Virus record (IMG/VR): IMGVR_UViG_3300035208_002804
Coordinates: 32,001-96,000 of that record
Strand: one strand, 5' to 3'
Origin: a virus
Taxonomy: Duplodnaviria; Caudoviricetes
DNA: 64,000 nucleotides
The notes beneath the pieces were generated by a model. It ran no database searches and was not told the origin of the DNA. It was given only the letters and a program-made list of their open reading frames with translations. Below, in pieces: positions 60,375-64,000 of the stretch. The first letter of the stretch is position 1; the number at the start of each line of letters is the position of its first letter. The translations under genes and the position numbers were made by a program.

Positions 60375-60430
60375 AGCATTCAAGTTAGCATTCAGAGTAG
60401 CATTCAGAGTAGCATTCAAAGTAGCATTAA
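60375..60430. repeat. 12-bp tandem repeat, about 4.7 copies (AGCATTCAGAGT)
   Basis: agcattcaagtt agcattcagagt agcattcagagt agcattcaaagt agcattaa. Confidence 0.9.
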
Positions 60431-60457
60431 GATTATAGTAACTGTTTTCCTTCCCCT

Positions 60458-61312
60458 CTATTTAGGGGTGAATTTTTTTAAGAGGTCGTTGTAGCGTTTG
60501 GTGCCGAATGCGGATGGTTGAAATTTTGCTGATTTTGGAGCAGGACGACTTGCTTCTTTTTCGCGGATGTTGACAATTTCTTTGGTTATTTTGGAACTTT
60601 GTCTTGCTTTTCGCATGTCCTTGCGTTCCATTATTTTTTTGTCAATGACGTATTGTTCGATTTTACGGTTTAGACGAGTGTTTGCTGCATTGACTTGTTT
60701 GTCGAAAACTGCTTGCCATGTTGCCCAATATGAACGACTGATACCACGCCAGTATTTTCCTGGTATGTTGATTCGTTTGTCTAATACAGGAATATATGGT
60801 TTTGGTCGTGCTGTTGCACCATTCATTAAAATATTGACATAATCTACAGGATGTCCTGACTTTGCGTAACAGGGTTTTACATAGAGAGTGGCACTTGTTA
60901 AATTATGTTCTTTAAGGACAAGTGCTCGTTTTAACTGACCGGTGTGCTCTCGTCTTCGATATTGTTGTTTATTGCTGTATCTACCGCGAAATCTTCTGGT
61001 TGCACTTAATAACCCACCTTTATTGCCACGATAATAATACATTCCATATGCCCGTCTATTGAAATATTTATTTATGTTTGTGTACCAGAATTGTATTAAA
61101 CGGCGTGATTCTACAATGATGGCATCTTTAATGTATTTTTCAAAATTACGAAGATATTCAACTTGAACCATTTGAGAACCTGGAACTCGTGCTTTTGTAT
61201 TAAACCAAGTGCCATTTGAAAGTTGGATTCCACTATACCCTTTCATTTTCTCTTTGGTAAATGGTAAAATACCGGGATTTATTTCAAGTTTAAAAGTTCT
61301 CGTTGGCGACAT
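60458..61312 (-). CDS. Basic neck/tail-completion (HK97 gp10-like) protein
   Basis: HTGQLKRAL, Y-x-x-x-x-x-x-G pattern; position after the adaptor. Confidence 0.5.
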   Translation of the reverse strand: MSPTRTFKLEINPGILPFTKEKMKGYSGIQLSNGTWFNTKARVPGSQMVQVEYLRNFEKYIKDAIIVESRRLIQFWYTNINKYFNRRAYGMYYYRGNKGGLLSATRRFRGRYSNKQQYRRREHTGQLKRALVLKEHNLTSATLYVKPCYAKSGHPVDYVNILMNGATARPKPYIPVLDKRINIPGKYWRGISRSYWATWQAVFDKQVNAANTRLNRKIEQYVIDKKIMERKDMRKARQSSKITKEIVNIREKEASRPAPKSAKFQPSAFGTKRYNDLLKKFTPK

Positions 61313-61409
61313 GATCTGGATATTTTAAGGGGTTATTTTAGTGATATTTTGGCAATTTTATGGGGCAATGTTGATTGTTATATTACTCTTTTTATTTTCT
61401 TCCCCCTTT

Positions 61410-61817
61410 TTATGTGACGCTTGATGAGGTTAATCCGGCTCCAATTGGTAGTGGATATGATGATTCTTTGAGAGATAGATCTTCATTGAGGGGGACTTTT
61501 GAGATCATTGTAAGACATGAATATGCACTCATTAATAGGGATGATAACTGTAATGGGGCACTTTCTGGGAGAGTTCCAAGTTTAGGTTCAGCAAGTGATG
61601 TATAGATGAGATATGCTTTATACGTTGATAGTCGAATTAAGCATCGTCTAACAAATTTTTCTTCAACCTGTTCAATATCTACAATCATTTCAATATATTC
61701 ATAACTATCCTTGATTGCTTTGTAGATTTGAACATCATCAAGAAGATCATATGGTATTGAAGCAAGATTATCACGAATCTCGTCAAGTAATATACTATCG
61801 TCAAGAAGTAACGTCAT
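61410..61817 (-). CDS. Head-tail adaptor-like protein
   Basis: Helical 135-aa protein (EIRDNL...LLDDVQI) downstream of the capsid gene. Confidence 0.55.
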   Translation of the reverse strand: MTLLLDDSILLDEIRDNLASIPYDLLDDVQIYKAIKDSYEYIEMIVDIEQVEEKFVRRCLIRLSTYKAYLIYTSLAEPKLGTLPESAPLQLSSLLMSAYSCLTMISKVPLNEDLSLKESSYPLPIGAGLTSSSVT

Positions 61818-61950
61818 TACTATGAGAAGTTGTTTTACACTATATAAATTGGAAGAAAGTATAAAGATAGGAAAAGTTTTTAATGAATATTTCTATCTCC
61901 CGATGAGAAACTATTAAATTGTATTGGAGATAAATATATAAACACAAATT

Positions 61951-63084
61951 ATGGGAAAAAGAAAATTAACCGGTGAACAAATTAAAGAATGTATTGATCT
62001 CTATAACAGTGGGAAAACATGTAAACAAATTGCAGAAGTTTATGGGGTTTTTGATTCTTCAATTAATCGAATGTTACGAAGACAGGGTATTACACTACGT
62101 CCGCATTATGTTCCAAAATGTAAACTAACACACGAAGAGTATCAAAATTGCATCGATGAATATTTAACAGGACTGTCAATTATTGATATTAGTAAAAAAC
62201 TCAATATATCTGCTGGTAAAGTTAGATATGTTATAACAAAAGAAGAAATTGCACGTGGTAGACACGAAACGACAACATGTAATCCTACTAAAGAAGAACG
62301 TGATGAATGTATTAATTTATATAAACTTGGTATATCAATGCGTAAAATAGAACATGGTATTGGTATATCAAGAAATAGTATTAGAAAACTATTAACAGAT
62401 GAGGGGTTGTATCAACCACCGGAAATAACACGGTATTCGCAGGATGATCATTTCTTTGATAATATAGATACTGAAGCAAAATCTTATTTCTTTGGTCTGT
62501 TATATGCTGATGGATGCAACAAAATGAATGTGAATATCATAGGAATTAGTCTACAGGATTCTGATAAATATATACTTGAAATGTTTAGAGATGAATTGAA
62601 ATCAAATCGCCCAGTATTACTAAACAAATTAAAAGAAACGCATCCAACATGGAATGATCATTATGAATTACGTGTAACCAGTGAGCACATGTGTGAGGTT
62701 CTCAATAATTATGGGATGGTTCCTCGAAAGTCACTTATTAAGAAATTTCCAGAAGTGATCTTAAACAGTAGTGAAGATATAATTAGACACTTCATTAGAG
62801 GATATTTTTGCGGAAATGGATCTTTAACAATAAAACGTGATACAGAGTCAGGAACGTTTGCTATATTTTCTACAGAGAATATGTGTATTGAAATTAATAA
62901 TTGTTTTAAAAAATATATTAATATTTATAATTGTTCAATTTATAAGGTTAATAATATTTTTTGGTTAACAACATCACGTAGAGAAAATTTACAATCAATA
63001 TATAATTGGCTTTATAAAGAAAGTAACTTTTTTATCGTTAGAAAAAAGGAAAAATTTGAAAAGTTTAATTGGTTAGAAAAATAG
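61951..63084 (+). CDS. Free-standing LAGLIDADG endonuclease-like protein with three N-terminal HTH repeats
   Basis: Three C-I-x-x-Y-x-x-G HTH repeats; YFFGLLYADG; PRKSL; FIRGYFCGNG; antisense insertion in the head module. Confidence 0.85.
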   Translation: MGKRKLTGEQIKECIDLYNSGKTCKQIAEVYGVFDSSINRMLRRQGITLRPHYVPKCKLTHEEYQNCIDEYLTGLSIIDISKKLNISAGKVRYVITKEEIARGRHETTTCNPTKEERDECINLYKLGISMRKIEHGIGISRNSIRKLLTDEGLYQPPEITRYSQDDHFFDNIDTEAKSYFFGLLYADGCNKMNVNIIGISLQDSDKYILEMFRDELKSNRPVLLNKLKETHPTWNDHYELRVTSEHMCEVLNNYGMVPRKSLIKKFPEVILNSSEDIIRHFIRGYFCGNGSLTIKRDTESGTFAIFSTENMCIEINNCFKKYINIYNCSIYKVNNIFWLTTSRRENLQSIYNWLYKESNFFIVRKKEKFEKFNWLEK

Positions 63085-63102
63085 GAAATTATTTTTTTTT
63101 AC

Positions 63103-64000
63103 TCAAGCATCAGCGATCCCATTTATGATAAACAGCCGATCATTACTGCTGGTTTGCGTCGGAGACTGCGGTACAATTTTTGTCCTGAAATATTGCGTAA
63201 TCATATAACCGTCAGTGCCTTCGTCAGGATTACTGTAGTCTCGAATTCTCCTCATCGGCCCTTCATATGAGTAATGTACTGCACACTTTGGTGATCTAAT
63301 GACACCAAGTGCGAATGTTTCTCCATTGAGTCTTGATGTTGGAATTGGAGTCACGCGAGCACGCTTGAGGAAACTGTTCTGGGTTTCGTTTGGAATGTTG
63401 TATCCCATCTGTCCACCAGCAGTTCCATTATCAAACATTAGTTCTGGAAGATCCATGTCCATTACAAGTTTTGATGGATAGAACAGCATCATATTGGACA
63501 GTTCATTTGTTTTAATTTCGTTGAACCCATTGCTTTGATTCTTGAACACTTTACGAAGTGCTGATGCAACGTCACCAAGAATATTCTTACCTGACTGATC
63601 GGACCATTCAGTATTTGCATCGGTGGTGTTTGCAGTGTTTGCTCCTGCGTATAAACTTGAAAGAATCTCCTGATCTCGTGCCATTGTGAAACCATTAATC
63701 ACTGCATTGAGTGATTCGTTCCATTGCATGTTGTAATCTCCACGGGCCTGTACAGTTTCAGATACTTCAATTGCCCCACGATATCCATAGAGGGTTGTTG
63801 CATCATCGAACCACCCTACACGCTGTCTTGGGGTAGTCTGTCCTTCGGTAATACGAAATACAGGAACAGTATTAGTCTTTGCTAACTGGAAATGCAGATC
63901 AAGTTTATCAGTAGTTTCCATTATCACAGCAGGTGCAAAGTCCATGTTTTCTGGAGTTCGTAGATCAATATCAGCAAGGGTAATTGCCTGCTTATATGCA
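63103..64000 (-). CDS. Major capsid protein (HK97-like fold, 5' end outside the window)
   Basis: Frame is open to the window edge (AYKQAITLADIDLRTPENMDF...); ITEG, RDQEIL, W...ILGDV, and position upstream of adaptor and tail genes. Confidence 0.7.
   Translation of the reverse strand, partial: AYKQAITLADIDLRTPENMDFAPAVIMETTDKLDLHFQLAKTNTVPVFRITEGQTTPRQRVGWFDDATTLYGYRGAIEVSETVQARGDYNMQWNESLNAVINGFTMARDQEILSSLYAGANTANTTDANTEWSDQSGKNILGDVASALRKVFKNQSNGFNEIKTNELSNMMLFYPSKLVMDMDLPELMFDNGTAGGQMGYNIPNETQNSFLKRARVTPIPTSRLNGETFALGVIRSPKCAVHYSYEGPMRRIRDYSNPDEGTDGYMITQYFRTKIVPQSPTQTSSNDRLFIINGIADA

Noticed and set aside
60299-60379. Track start at 60379 for the terminator-like gene
   Set aside because: The extension runs through a TATA box; the ATG at 60298 fits the leaderless spacing better.
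1-64000. tRNA/rRNA genes, DGR template repeat or reverse transcriptase, integrase, terminase, portal, tail sheath
   Set aside because: None recognisable by eye in this window; they may lie outside it, and a covariance search was not possible.

Overview
An AT-rich 64-kb segment of a large tailed archaeal virus (Caudoviricetes-like, probably with a non-contractile tail). The host is most likely a methanogen, possibly Methanomicrobiales; this is inferred from archaeal TATA/leaderless promoters, PCNA, MCM-like and XPF genes, archaeal-type ThyA, and a class III RNR with NrdH- and ferredoxin-disulfide-reductase-like partners. About 1-30.5 kb (mostly + strand) holds host-interaction, nucleotide-metabolism and replication genes: two PCNA homologs, a glycosyltransferase/radical SAM/methyltransferase cluster, ThyA, HNH, RtcB, a split intein-containing NrdD operon, two deaminases, MazG-like, ERCC4 and MCM-like genes. 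About 30.5-64 kb (- strand) is the virion module: major capsid protein (truncated by the window), adaptor/neck, two tail-tube paralogs, a frameshifting tail chaperone, a 2294-aa tape measure protein with an embedded GNAT domain, and many fibre/adhesin genes, one ending in a DGR-type variable region. The most unexplained signal is a six-copy dispersed non-coding element (TATA box, 28-29 nt to AGTG(C/T), purine-rich arm, T-tract, shared downstream motif). It looks like a family of promoter-driven tiny RNAs or transcription-primed origins. All product calls rest on motif recognition by eye; no database searches were run.
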